Virus record (IMG/VR): IMGVR_UViG_3300036770_008729
Span: 1-64,000 of that record
Strand: one strand, 5' to 3'
DNA: 64,000 bases
This document shows, one piece after another, positions 38,820-49,246 of this stretch (position 1 is its first letter; every line of letters begins with the position of its first letter). The notes beneath the pieces were generated by a model. It was not told where the DNA came from. It did not search any database and saw nothing but the letters and a program-made list of their open reading frames with translations. The translations under genes and the position numbers were made by a program.

Positions 38820-39858
38820 ATTTGCCGGTCTTGCTAATGGTGGTGTTGAGAAATATCTACAAACCATTGCTATTATATTAAAAAAACAAGGACATGAAAT
38901 AGATTACTATTACACTAATGCTGCGCCTATAACCAGTTCATCTTGGATACATCCAGATAATGATTCAAATAGAGCTAAGTTAATGGAAGATAATGGTATA
39001 AATTTAATTCCACTACATGTAGAATCTAGATATCATAATGATTGGATTAATGATAATTTTTTTGAGAATTTTAACGAAGATGATTATGATTATTTAATAA
39101 TTGGTGGTAATGGTGAATCCGAATATCCTTATAATAAACTTAAAAAAGTAAAAATTATACACACGGTACACGGCGACCACGCATTTAGTCAGGATAATAT
39201 AATAAAATGTGTTTTACTTTGTAACTGGCAGGCAGATAGATGGGTAAATAATGGTGGAGATAGATCTAAATTAGAAATAATACCAACAGTTGTTTATGTT
39301 CCTGATAATCATACAAAAACATTTAGAGAAAAATACAACATACCAAATGATGCTTTTGTTTATGGATTTCATCAAAGAAATGATATAACTATATCTTCAA
39401 CAATATCATTAGAGTCATATTCTAAAGTTCAAGAAGAAAATGTTTATTTTGCTTTATTAGGTGGTACTGAATTACATCAAAAATTTGTTAAAGACAATAA
39501 TATTAAAAATGTAGTATTTGTTGATTATACATCAAGTGTAAATGATATACATGATTTTTTAAGTGGTATTGATGTCTACACACATTGTAGATTAGATGGA
39601 GAGGTTTGCTCCGCTTCTATTATAGAAGCTATGTATCATAGTAAACCAATAATATCATACCCTGGTGTTAATATGGGACATGCTGAACAGTTAGAAGGTT
39701 GTGGTGTTGTAGCTTATTCAATTCCAGAATACATAACTGAGATGAACAATCTTAAAAATAAAGAATATTATACTGAAATGTCTAACAAGATTAAAGTTAA
39801 ATATTCAAGTAAGTATAATTACAATATAATAGAAGAAAAAATAATTAATTTAATATGA
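38800..39858 (+). CDS. GT-B (GT4-like) glycosyltransferase
   Basis: GGVEKY, HTVHG, DVYTH.R.DGEVCS..IIEAM...KPII. Confidence 0.8.
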   Translation: MRIAFCKFAGLANGGVEKYLQTIAIILKKQGHEIDYYYTNAAPITSSSWIHPDNDSNRAKLMEDNGINLIPLHVESRYHNDWINDNFFENFNEDDYDYLIIGGNGESEYPYNKLKKVKIIHTVHGDHAFSQDNIIKCVLLCNWQADRWVNNGGDRSKLEIIPTVVYVPDNHTKTFREKYNIPNDAFVYGFHQRNDITISSTISLESYSKVQEENVYFALLGGTELHQKFVKDNNIKNVVFVDYTSSVNDIHDFLSGIDVYTHCRLDGEVCSASIIEAMYHSKPIISYPGVNMGHAEQLEGCGVVAYSIPEYITEMNNLKNKEYYTEMSNKIKVKYSSKYNYNIIEEKIINLI

Positions 39859-40307
39859 GAAAAGTATTTTTAGATATGGGTGGTAATATGGGCCAAGGTT
39901 TAAGAATGTTTATCGAAAAGTACTCAATTGATGAAAGTTGGATTGTGGAAACTTTTGAGCCAGAACTATCTTGTGAATTAGAAAGTCGTATAAGTGACCT
40001 TCCATATGTTAAAATAAATAATCAGGCTATTTGGACACATACTGGTAAAGTAACTTTTTCTAGATATGAGCCAAATCTAGAAGGCTCTTCAGTTGAATGT
40101 TTAATGTCCGAAGGTTATTGTGGTGATCCAACATCTGAGGGTTATAGAAAACATGATAATTTAGTACAAGTAGACTGTATTGATATATCTGAATTGATAA
40201 ACAAATATAACGATGATGATTTTATAGGAAAAGATTGGGATGTTTATAAAGATAAGTATTCCGCAGAAAATGTAATGAAAGATTTTGATAGAATCTTTTT
40301 ATCATAA
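39855..40307 (+). pseudogene. Truncated FkbM methyltransferase fused to an unrelated glycosyltransferase-like tail
   Basis: VFLDMGGNMGQG...TFEP...CIDISELI then WDVYKDKYSAENVMKDFDRIFL; lacks the KLDxEGAEY motif present in the paralog at 35973. Confidence 0.55.
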
Positions 40308-40327
40308 AAAAAAATAAAAATAAAAAT

Positions 40328-40966
40328 ATGGAAATAATTGAACAAAAACACGGAAAATCAATGGATGAAGGTCATCTAGGTGGATGGGCATTAGATGGTG
40401 ATGGTGGTACTTACTATCCGATTATGTGGAAATATATCGTAGACACATACAATATAAAATCTGTTTTAGATATTGGATGTGGTAGAGGATATTCAACAAG
40501 ATTTTTTAGAAGCTTAGGTTGTAGTGTTAAAGGTATTGATGGTAGTATTGCGGCTAAAGAGCTAACACTTTTAAATGAGAATGAATTTGTATCACATGAT
40601 TACACAAAAGGATTTAGTAATATTCAAGAAAATTTTGATTTTGGTTGGTCTTGTGAATTTGTTGAACACGTTGAAGAAAAATATGTCAGTAATTTTTTAA
40701 ATGATTTTTCAAAATGTAAATATTTAGCTATCACTTTTGCTGAAATAGGTCAAACAGGACATCATCATGTTAATGAAAATACTATGGAGTATTGGATTGA
40801 AAAAATAGAAAGTTCAGGATTCAAATTCTTAAATGAAGAAACTCAAATTCTAAGAAATCAAGCCAATATAGATAAAGAAGAAAGAAATAAAATTCCAAAC
40901 GTTCCCCATTTTTTTTCGCATTTTACTGTAAGAGGCTTATTTTTCATAAATAAAAATATCCAATGA
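40328..40966 (+). CDS. Class I SAM-dependent methyltransferase
   Basis: VLDIGCGRG, GIDGS, FDFGWSCEFVEHV. Confidence 0.85.
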   Translation: MEIIEQKHGKSMDEGHLGGWALDGDGGTYYPIMWKYIVDTYNIKSVLDIGCGRGYSTRFFRSLGCSVKGIDGSIAAKELTLLNENEFVSHDYTKGFSNIQENFDFGWSCEFVEHVEEKYVSNFLNDFSKCKYLAITFAEIGQTGHHHVNENTMEYWIEKIESSGFKFLNEETQILRNQANIDKEERNKIPNVPHFFSHFTVRGLFFINKNIQ

Positions 40967-41916
40967 TAATAACAGCAACCTGTCCTTTAAGAATATCTTT
41001 AGTTGGAGGATCCACTGACCATCCAGACTTTTTGAAAAAGTATGGAAGCGGTATGGTTATTAGTTTTCCCTGTGATCTAAAAACATATATCACAATACAT
41101 AAAGATGTTTTTGGAATTAATTCAATTGGAAAAAGATACATATTAAACTACTCTAAAAGAGAAGAAGTAGATTCTATTGGTGATATTAAAAATGAACTAA
41201 TTAAAAATTGCTTTCAAAAATTAGATGTTTCTCAGATAAATTTATTTTTAACATCTGATGTTTATTCTAATGGGTCAGGTCTTGCGTCTTCCTCAGCTTA
41301 CCTAATGTCTTTAATTAAAGCAATATACACTTTAAGAGATGAAAAGATAACAGAAAGTGAAATATGCAAGTTAGCTATGGAAATAGAAAAAACATTTAAT
41401 CCACTTGTTGGTCAACAGGATTTTTATGGTAGCTTAGGTGGTTTAAAAAAGATAAAATTTTATGATAACGATAATCCAGAAATTAAATATTTAGATACTA
41501 AAATATTTAATCAAATGGATATGTATTTAATCTATACAGGTATAACAAGAAGTTCTACTAATATATTACAAACAATAAACATTGATAATAGCGTTCCTTT
41601 ATTAGAAGATGTTGTCAATTTAGAAAAAGCGATAAATGAATTAGACATTGATTTATTTAATAAAACTATAAGAAATACTTGGATTAATAAAAAGAACACA
41701 TCACCTTTGATATGTTCAAATGAGGATTTGATGAAACTAGATAATAATATTATGAATGATGAAAATATATTATCTCATAAATTATTAGGGGCAGGTAATG
41801 GTGGTTATTTTTTAATATTTACAGATAAGAATAAAGAATCTGAAATTTATAAAAACTATCAAAATGTTAAGAAAATAAAAATATCAGAAATTGGTATCCA
41901 ATCAAATAAAATTTAA
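40963..41916 (+). CDS. hddA: GHMP sugar kinase, HddA-like (heptose-7-phosphate kinase)
   Basis: PLRISLVGGSTD, GSGLASSS, GQQD, KLLGAGNGGY. Confidence 0.75.
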   Translation: MIITATCPLRISLVGGSTDHPDFLKKYGSGMVISFPCDLKTYITIHKDVFGINSIGKRYILNYSKREEVDSIGDIKNELIKNCFQKLDVSQINLFLTSDVYSNGSGLASSSAYLMSLIKAIYTLRDEKITESEICKLAMEIEKTFNPLVGQQDFYGSLGGLKKIKFYDNDNPEIKYLDTKIFNQMDMYLIYTGITRSSTNILQTINIDNSVPLLEDVVNLEKAINELDIDLFNKTIRNTWINKKNTSPLICSNEDLMKLDNNIMNDENILSHKLLGAGNGGYFLIFTDKNKESEIYKNYQNVKKIKISEIGIQSNKI

Positions 41917-41926
41917 TATAATTAAA

Positions 41927-42421
41927 ATGAATATAGATGATTTAAAAAGATGTCTTAATGATATTAAATATGAAGATTTAGAAAATTTAAAAGATATTAT
42001 CTTATCAAAGGATAAAATAATAATTTTAGGTAATGGTGGTAGTAACGCAATATCATCTCATATCGCTCAAGACTATACAAAGGCGCTTGGTAAAAAAGCT
42101 TTATCATTCTCAGATGCGGCTAGACTAACATGTTATATAAATGATTATGGAATTGAAAAAGCTTATTGTAAATTTATAGAGCATTTTGCTGAACCTGAGA
42201 CCTTAGTTATATTAATATCATCATCTGGTAATTCCGATAACATTGTAAATTCTGCTGAGTATTGTTTAGATAAACATGACATGGTTATACTTTCTGGATT
42301 TGATAGAAATAATAAGTTAAACTCATATTCAGATAAATCTTTACTAAGCTTTTGGGTTGATAGTAAAGAATATGGAGTTGTAGAATCTATACATGAAATA
42401 ATATTACACTCATTAATGTAA
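41927..42421 (+). CDS. gmhA: SIS-domain phosphoheptose isomerase-like protein
   Basis: GNGGSNAISSH...D, ISSSGNS.NI, YGVVE..H; track start 41891. Confidence 0.75.
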   Translation: MNIDDLKRCLNDIKYEDLENLKDIILSKDKIIILGNGGSNAISSHIAQDYTKALGKKALSFSDAARLTCYINDYGIEKAYCKFIEHFAEPETLVILISSSGNSDNIVNSAEYCLDKHDMVILSGFDRNNKLNSYSDKSLLSFWVDSKEYGVVESIHEIILHSLM

Positions 42422-42427
42422 TTAAAT

Positions 42428-43162
42428 ATGAAAATATACTGTTTTGATTTAGATGAAACACTTTGTCGTAATTCTGAAAAAGATTACGCAAAATCAACTC
42501 CTATAACCGAGATGATTGAGAAGGTTAATTACTTATATGACCAAGGTAATACAATAAAGATATTTACAGCTAGAGGAATGGGTAAATTCTCAGGTGATGT
42601 TGGTAAAGTTAATGATGCTTATTATGAACTAACTAAAAGTCAGTTAGAAAATTGGGGTGTTAAATATCACGAACTACATTTAGGAAAACAATCATTTGAT
42701 TATTTCATTGATGATAAAAATCTAACAATTGAACAATTCAAATCATTAGTTAAACCTAAAGTTGGATTTATTGCTGGTGCTTTTGATGTAATACACCCAG
42801 GCTATATTGAAATGTTTCAGTTTATGAGAAAAAAATGTGACTATCTTATTGTTGGTTTACATAAAGATCCATCATTAGAAAGAGATACTAAATTAAAACC
42901 TGTTTTAACTACAGATGAGAGAAAAGAAATACTTTTATCTTTAAAATATATTGATGAGGTTATAGAGTATCAAACAGAATTAGAACTATTAGAAATATTA
43001 AAAAATGATAGAATTGATATTAGATTTTTAGGAGATGACTATATAGATAAACACTATACAGGTAAAGGTCTTCCAATTGAAATTAAGTTTATAGATAGAA
43101 GTCATGGTTGGTCAACTACTAAATATAAAATGGTTATAAGAGATAGTTTATTTAAAAAATAA
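42428..43162 (+). CDS. Fusion of HAD phosphatase and cytidylyltransferase-superfamily nucleotidyltransferase
   Basis: N-half FDLDETL...FTARG...DYFIDDK; C-half GAFDVIHPGY (HxGH variant), LIVGL, ERKEIL, GDDY, RSHGWSTT. Confidence 0.82.
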   Translation: MKIYCFDLDETLCRNSEKDYAKSTPITEMIEKVNYLYDQGNTIKIFTARGMGKFSGDVGKVNDAYYELTKSQLENWGVKYHELHLGKQSFDYFIDDKNLTIEQFKSLVKPKVGFIAGAFDVIHPGYIEMFQFMRKKCDYLIVGLHKDPSLERDTKLKPVLTTDERKEILLSLKYIDEVIEYQTELELLEILKNDRIDIRFLGDDYIDKHYTGKGLPIEIKFIDRSHGWSTTKYKMVIRDSLFKK

Positions 43163-43173
43163 ATTAATAATAA

Positions 43174-44076
43174 ATGATTAGAGCAATAGTAACCGGTGGT
43201 TGTGGATTTATAGGGAGTCATATAGTTGATAGATTAATAGAATTGAATTGTCAAGTTTTAGTAATAGATGATTTATCTGCTTCAGAAAATGAAAAGTTTT
43301 ATTTTAATGAAAAGGCTTTTTATCATAAGTTAGATATTTCTAATAAGAGTGACATAGAGCCAATTTTTAATAACGCTGATTATGTATTTCATTTAGCGGC
43401 TGAATCGAGAATTCAACCAGCTATTCAAAATCCAAATAGGGCATATAATGTAAATGTACTTGGAACTCTCAATATTTTAGAACTATCTAAAAAATATAAA
43501 ATAAAAAGAGTGATGTATTCATCTACATCGTCTGTCTATGGATTAACTAAAAATTTACCAACAAACGAACTTGAAACAATAGATTGCTTGAATCCTTATG
43601 CACATTCTAAGTTTTTAGGTGAAGAACTATTTAGACAGTACTATAAAATTTATAGATTGGATAGTGTAATCTTTAGATATTTCAATGTTTTCGGTGAAAG
43701 GTCACCTGTGAAAGGTCAGTATGCTCCTGTTGTTGGTATATTTCTTAATCAACATTTTCAGAATAAACAACTCACAATAATAAGCACTGGTCAAAGAAAA
43801 AGAGATTTTATACATGTTAGTGATATAGTTGATGCTAATATTAATGCCATGTTAATTACAGATAATTTAAAATCAACAACAATAAATATAGGTAGTGGTC
43901 AGAACATAAGTATAAAAGAAATTGCTGATATAATTTCTGAAAATCAAATTCATTTAGAAGATAGACCCGGTGAGGCGGACAATACACTCGCGGATATATC
44001 CGAAGCCGAAGGTATTCTTAATTTTAAACCTAAAACCAATGTTAGAGATTGGATAAAAAAACAAATTAGTCAATGA
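43174..44076 (+). CDS. NAD-dependent epimerase/dehydratase (extended SDR)
   Basis: VTGGCGFIGSH, FHLAA, YAHSK (YxxxK), RYFNVFG, RDFIHV.D. Confidence 0.92.
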   Translation: MIRAIVTGGCGFIGSHIVDRLIELNCQVLVIDDLSASENEKFYFNEKAFYHKLDISNKSDIEPIFNNADYVFHLAAESRIQPAIQNPNRAYNVNVLGTLNILELSKKYKIKRVMYSSTSSVYGLTKNLPTNELETIDCLNPYAHSKFLGEELFRQYYKIYRLDSVIFRYFNVFGERSPVKGQYAPVVGIFLNQHFQNKQLTIISTGQRKRDFIHVSDIVDANINAMLITDNLKSTTINIGSGQNISIKEIADIISENQIHLEDRPGEADNTLADISEAEGILNFKPKTNVRDWIKKQISQ

Positions 44077-45203
44077 AAATTGCTTTAGTAACTGGTTCTG
44101 CTGGTCTGATAGGATCTCAGGCTTGTGATTTTTTTCATAAAAAAGGATACAAAGTCATAGGAATTGATAATGATATGAGAGCTTATTTCTTTGGAAAGTC
44201 ATCATCTACAATTCATTCGTCAGAATCTTTGAAATCAAAATTGAACAATTATAAACACTATAATTTAGACATCAGGAACTTTACAGATTTAGAAAAATTA
44301 TTTTCCGATTATTCTTCGGATATAGATATAGTGATACATACTGCTGCTCAACCCTCTCATGATTGGGCTGCTAAAGAACCATTAACCGACTTTAGCATTA
44401 ATGCCGTAGGTACTATGAATTTACTTGAATTGACAAGATTATATTGTCCAAAAGCTACTTTTATTTTTACTTCAACCAATAAGGTATATGGTGATAGACC
44501 TAATTTTGATTACTATTTTAAAAATGGTTTTGATGTTCCAGAAAATAGAAAAGACACTCCAATTATAATAGAATACGAAAATAGATTTGAAGGATTACAT
44601 AGAGAAACTGGTGAATTAACTTCGATATCTGAGAATATGTCTATTGATAATACCAAACATTCGGTTTTTGGAGCCTCTAAAGTCGCTGCTGATATTATGT
44701 GTCAAGAATATGGTAAGTATTTTGGCATAAATGTTGGTATTTTTAGAGGTGGTTGCCTAACCGGACCAAATCATGCTGGTGCTGAGTTACATGGATTTCT
44801 TTCTTATTTAGTCAAGTGTGTTGTTAATGATAAACCTTATAAAATCTTTGGTTACAAAGGAAAACAAGTTAGAGATAATATTCACTCTTGTGACTTAGTT
44901 AATATGTTTTGGCATTTTCATAAAAATCCAAAACCTGGTGAAGTTTACAATGCTGGTGGTGGAAGAGAAAATTCAATTTCAATTTTAGAGGCAATCAACA
45001 CTATAAATAGAATATCTGGAACAGATTGGAAAAATTACACATTATGTGATGAAAACAGAATTGGTGACCACATTTGGTATATTTCAGATTTAACAAAATT
45101 TAAATCTCACTATCCAAATTGGAAAATAGAAATTAGTCTTGAAGACACTATAAAACAAATTATAGATTTTGAATTATGTTTGAAACAAAAAAAGGTTATT
45201 TAG
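44073..45203 (+). CDS. NAD-dependent epimerase, CDP-paratose 2-epimerase-like
   Basis: TGSAGLIG, HTAAQPSHD, STNKVYGD, FGASK, RGGCLTGP, GKQVRDNIH, R.GDHIWYISD. Confidence 0.85.
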   Translation: MKIALVTGSAGLIGSQACDFFHKKGYKVIGIDNDMRAYFFGKSSSTIHSSESLKSKLNNYKHYNLDIRNFTDLEKLFSDYSSDIDIVIHTAAQPSHDWAAKEPLTDFSINAVGTMNLLELTRLYCPKATFIFTSTNKVYGDRPNFDYYFKNGFDVPENRKDTPIIIEYENRFEGLHRETGELTSISENMSIDNTKHSVFGASKVAADIMCQEYGKYFGINVGIFRGGCLTGPNHAGAELHGFLSYLVKCVVNDKPYKIFGYKGKQVRDNIHSCDLVNMFWHFHKNPKPGEVYNAGGGRENSISILEAINTINRISGTDWKNYTLCDENRIGDHIWYISDLTKFKSHYPNWKIEISLEDTIKQIIDFELCLKQKKVI

Positions 45204-45213
45204 TATAAGAAAT

Positions 45214-45978
45214 ATGAACTTTGCACTTTGTTACCGGGGAATCTCTTTCAGAGATAATTATAGAAATGAATCACACTTGAGTCCTTATAAAATAGATTTT
45301 GATTCAGTTAGTCATTTTCATTATGAAAATGTTATCAAACCTCTGAGAGAAAGAGGAGATGTGGTGGATATATTTTTCAATACTTATGACTCGATTAAAT
45401 TACAAGATTACAAAAATCAATTTCAACCTGTAGATGTTTTAGTGAAGGATTTCAACGCAGGTATTGTAAAGTATAACTTTAACCATGTTTGTGAGTTGAT
45501 AATTTCAACTCTTCAACAAGTTAAGGATTATGAGAATAGAACAGGAAAAGTTTATGATTATATTATATTGAATCGATTTGATATAGTAATCTTTTCGGAT
45601 TTTACAAAATGTTTTATTATTGAAGACGGAGTTTCAGTTCCGACAATCAATGATGATTGTTTTATTGTCTATCATAAGAGTATTTTAGAAAAAGCGATCT
45701 GGATTTATAAAACTTATCAAAATCAGTTGATAACTCATCACATGGTTTTCAAATTTATTGAACACGGTATAAAATATCATTCTATGTTTCCAAACAAACC
45801 AGGAGATGAAGTTGGATTTAATGGCCCGTTCTGGAGATTAGAAAGAGTTATGTTTAACCCAGATGGTCATAATGTTAAAGAATATAACTTTTACGATGTC
45901 TTTAATAAAAATTCGAAGTGGTTCGGTTTCAAATATGAACCAAATAAAGAATTTTTTGATTGTAAAAAATTAATTTAA
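45214..45978 (+). CDS. Hypothetical glycan-cluster protein (possible glycosyltransferase)
   Basis: ALCYRG, YDYIILNRFDI; cluster context. Confidence 0.55.
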   Translation: MNFALCYRGISFRDNYRNESHLSPYKIDFDSVSHFHYENVIKPLRERGDVVDIFFNTYDSIKLQDYKNQFQPVDVLVKDFNAGIVKYNFNHVCELIISTLQQVKDYENRTGKVYDYIILNRFDIVIFSDFTKCFIIEDGVSVPTINDDCFIVYHKSILEKAIWIYKTYQNQLITHHMVFKFIEHGIKYHSMFPNKPGDEVGFNGPFWRLERVMFNPDGHNVKEYNFYDVFNKNSKWFGFKYEPNKEFFDCKKLI

Positions 45979-45982
45979 TTAT

Positions 45983-46339
45983 ATGAATATCAGACCTAAA
46001 ACAATATTTATTGACATAGATGGTACATTAATTTCACATTCTGGTTCATTAATTGGTCAAATGAAAAAACCTGAGCTTTTACCCGGTACTTTAGAAAAAT
46101 TATTGGAATGGGATAGAAATGGATACAATATAATTTTGACAACCGGTAGAAGAGAAAGTATGAGAAAAAAAACAAAAAAACAGTTAAGTAAATTGGGTAT
46201 TTTCTATGATAAATTAATAATGGGTATTGGTGGTGGAACTCGAATAATAATTAATGATAGAAAGCCAAACAGTACGGATGATACCTGTTTTGCTATAAAT
46301 ATTGATAGAAATCAAGGCATAGAAAATATAGAAATTTAA
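45983..46339 (+). CDS. Small HAD-superfamily hydrolase
   Basis: IFIDIDGTL, LTTGR, IIINDRKP. Confidence 0.8.
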   Translation: MNIRPKTIFIDIDGTLISHSGSLIGQMKKPELLPGTLEKLLEWDRNGYNIILTTGRRESMRKKTKKQLSKLGIFYDKLIMGIGGGTRIIINDRKPNSTDDTCFAINIDRNQGIENIEI

Positions 46340-46340
46340 T

Positions 46341-46694
46341 ATGGAAAATAAAATCACAAAAATAGAAAAACCTTGGGGTTGGGAAAAATGGATAGAAGTG
46401 AATGAACACTATGTAGTGAAGGAACTTTTTATGAAAAGTGGCAATTGTTGTAGTCTTCAGTATCATGAAAAAAAACACGAAACATTTTATGTTGTAAGTG
46501 GAAGAATGAAGTTTTATGTTGGGGAAAAAATAGAAAATTTAAATGAGTTCATTTTAGAACCTGGTCAAAATTATGTCATTAAACCATTTATAATCCATAG
46601 AATGGAGGCGGTAGATGATTGTATTTATATTGAATGTTCAACAAATTTTCTTGATGATGTTATAAGATTAGAAGATAAATATGGTAGAAAATAA
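46341..46694 (+). CDS. Cupin-domain protein (type II mannose-6-phosphate isomerase-like)
   Basis: KPWGWE, SLQYHEKKHET, HRMEA, EC(S)T..LDDVIRLEDKYGR. Confidence 0.82.
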   Translation: MENKITKIEKPWGWEKWIEVNEHYVVKELFMKSGNCCSLQYHEKKHETFYVVSGRMKFYVGEKIENLNEFILEPGQNYVIKPFIIHRMEAVDDCIYIECSTNFLDDVIRLEDKYGRK

Positions 46695-48240
46695 CTATAA
46701 AGTAATAATTACAACTAGTGGTATAGGTAGTCGATTAGGAGAACTTACAAATTATACTAATAAAAGTCTAATTAGAATAGGTAAAAAACCTGCTATTTCT
46801 TATATAGTTGAAAATTATTCAAATGAAATTGAAATTGTAGTTACACTTGGATATTTTGGAAGTCATGTGAAGCAGTTTCTAACTATGACTTATCCTGAAA
46901 AAAAATTCACTTTCGTTGAAATAGATAAATATTCTGGTGAGGGTTCTAGTCTTGCTTACTCTTTGTTACAAACAAAAGAAATTGTTCAATGTCCTTTTAT
47001 ATTTCACGCTTCCGATACTTTAGTATTTGAAAAAATAAACAAACCAAATATGAATTGGTTGGGTTTTACTTATAAAGAGGATTCATCTCAATATAGAACT
47101 TTAGAGTTAAATAGCAATTTGAAAATTTATGATAAGGGAGATTTAAACTCTAATGCAATTTATATAGGTCTTGCTGGTATAAATGATTATGAATTATTCT
47201 GGTCTTATTTAGAAGAAGAATATAATAAAAATCCATCAGATGCCAGTTTAAGTGACTGTCATTCTATTTCAAAAATGATTGATAATAGTTGGAAAACATT
47301 TGAATTTAAAACTTGGCAAGATATTGGTAATGTTACTTCCTTAAAAAATGCTAGAAAACATATACAGGATAAATTTGAGATTTTAGATAAAAACGATGAA
47401 TCAATATTTTTATTTGATGATTTTGTAATAAAATTCTTTCACGATAATAATACTTGTATCAATAGAGCTAAAAGAGGATATAAATTATCTGGACTTGTTC
47501 CTAAAATTTTAGACAGTAGTGATAATTTTTACAAGTATGAATACTGCAAAGGAGACTTATTTTCCTCAGTAGTAAATGAGAGTAACTTTGAAGAATTCTT
47601 AGATTGGTCTATTACTAATCTTTGGAAAGAAAAAAATTATTCGGAAAAATTCAAAGATAGTTGTTATGAATTTTATTTTGATAAAACTGTAAAAAGAATA
47701 AGTAAATTTCTTAAAGATAATAATCTCAAAGATGAAGAAACTATGATAAATGGTATCTTGATTCCTCCGGTTTTTGAAATGATTGAAAAAATAAATAAGT
47801 CAGATATCTGCAATTCTATACCTTATCAATTTCATGGCGATTATATACTTGATAATATCATTAAAACTACAAATGGATTCAAACTGATTGACTGGAGACA
47901 AGATTTTGGAGGGGATTTAGATAACGGAGACATCTATTATGATTTAGCAAAATTAAATCATAATTTATTGTTCAATCATGAAATAGTTAACAATGGTCAT
48001 TTCTATGTAAAAAAAAATGAAAAAGAAGTTATTTGTGATATTTTAAGAAGTGACAATTTAACAAATTGTCGAGAAATACTACATAATTTTATAAATAAAA
48101 ATAATTTTGACTTAACAAAAGTTAAAATACTAACTTCGTTGATTTGGCTCAATATGTCACCTTTACATGATACAAAAATTGGAAACTTTTTATTTTATTT
48201 TGGTAAATTAAATTTATATAAAATTATTCATAAAATATGA
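46681..48240 (+). CDS. Fusion of sugar-phosphate nucleotidyltransferase and APH/choline-kinase-like domain
   Basis: ITTSGIGSRLG..T...NKSL, WQDIG; C-terminal FHGDYILDNI...IDWRQDF...GDIYYDLAKL. Confidence 0.78.
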   Translation: MVENNYKVIITTSGIGSRLGELTNYTNKSLIRIGKKPAISYIVENYSNEIEIVVTLGYFGSHVKQFLTMTYPEKKFTFVEIDKYSGEGSSLAYSLLQTKEIVQCPFIFHASDTLVFEKINKPNMNWLGFTYKEDSSQYRTLELNSNLKIYDKGDLNSNAIYIGLAGINDYELFWSYLEEEYNKNPSDASLSDCHSISKMIDNSWKTFEFKTWQDIGNVTSLKNARKHIQDKFEILDKNDESIFLFDDFVIKFFHDNNTCINRAKRGYKLSGLVPKILDSSDNFYKYEYCKGDLFSSVVNESNFEEFLDWSITNLWKEKNYSEKFKDSCYEFYFDKTVKRISKFLKDNNLKDEETMINGILIPPVFEMIEKINKSDICNSIPYQFHGDYILDNIIKTTNGFKLIDWRQDFGGDLDNGDIYYDLAKLNHNLLFNHEIVNNGHFYVKKNEKEVICDILRSDNLTNCREILHNFINKNNFDLTKVKILTSLIWLNMSPLHDTKIGNFLFYFGKLNLYKIIHKI

Positions 48241-49238
48241 AAGATATAAAATTTTATATAGGTCCAATGAGTAAAAACATTGTTGATTCGGTTATTGAAT
48301 ATTCAATAAACAATAATATCAATATTGGACTTATACCGTCTAGAAGACAGATTGATAAAAATGGTGGATATGTAAATAATTGGACGACTAAAGAATTCTC
48401 CTTTTATGTCAAAAATAAATCAAAAAATATTCTACTGGTAAGAGACCATTGTGGACCAAATCAAGGACAAATTGAAGATGATGGAGTTGATTCATTTATC
48501 GAAGATTGTTCATACTTTGATGTTATACATATTGATGTTTGGAAAAAATATCCAACCTATGAAGAAGGTTTATCGAAAACAATAGATTTTATAAATCTTG
48601 GTTATAAATTAAATTCAAATTTATACTATGAAATTGGAACAGAAGAGGCTATACGAAAGTTTGAGTCTTTTGAACTTGATAACCTTGTAAGTGATCTTAA
48701 TAAAAATCTATCAAATGAGTTATTTTCTCGAATAAAATTTTTAGTTATTCAATCAGGAACAGCTCTTAAAGAAAATACCAACATCGGTATATATGACAAA
48801 GAAAGACTAACCAAAATGCTAAAAATTTGCAAAAAGTATAATCTTATTTCAAAAGAGCATAACGGTGACTATATATCTAATGATATATTAAAAGAGAAAT
48901 TCATTTTAGGTTTAAATTCAATAAACATAGCACCTGAGTTTGGTCAAATTGAAACCAATGTTTTACTCGAGGAAATCAATTCACTTAATAGAAACGATTT
49001 ATTAGATGATTTTTTTCAAATATGTCTTAAATCTAATAAATGGAAAAAATGGGTATCAAATGATTTCGATCCTTTAAACAATAAATTGGAACTTATAAAT
49101 ATTTGTGGACATTATGTTTTTTCATCTGAGGAGTTTTTGATTATCAAACATCAACTTTCAAAAGACATTGATGATAAAATAAAAATTTCTATAAAACGAA
49201 GAATTGAAGAATTACAATTTTATACGTCAAAAAAATAA
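48237..49238 (+). CDS. GatZ/KbaZ-like (tagatose-phosphate aldolase/epimerase family) TIM-barrel protein
   Basis: GPMSKN, RDHCGP, IHID, YEIGTEE, KEHNGDY, NIAPEFG. Confidence 0.65.
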   Translation: MKDIKFYIGPMSKNIVDSVIEYSINNNINIGLIPSRRQIDKNGGYVNNWTTKEFSFYVKNKSKNILLVRDHCGPNQGQIEDDGVDSFIEDCSYFDVIHIDVWKKYPTYEEGLSKTIDFINLGYKLNSNLYYEIGTEEAIRKFESFELDNLVSDLNKNLSNELFSRIKFLVIQSGTALKENTNIGIYDKERLTKMLKICKKYNLISKEHNGDYISNDILKEKFILGLNSINIAPEFGQIETNVLLEEINSLNRNDLLDDFFQICLKSNKWKKWVSNDFDPLNNKLELINICGHYVFSSEEFLIIKHQLSKDIDDKIKISIKRRIEELQFYTSKK

Positions 49239-49246
49239 ATTTAATA

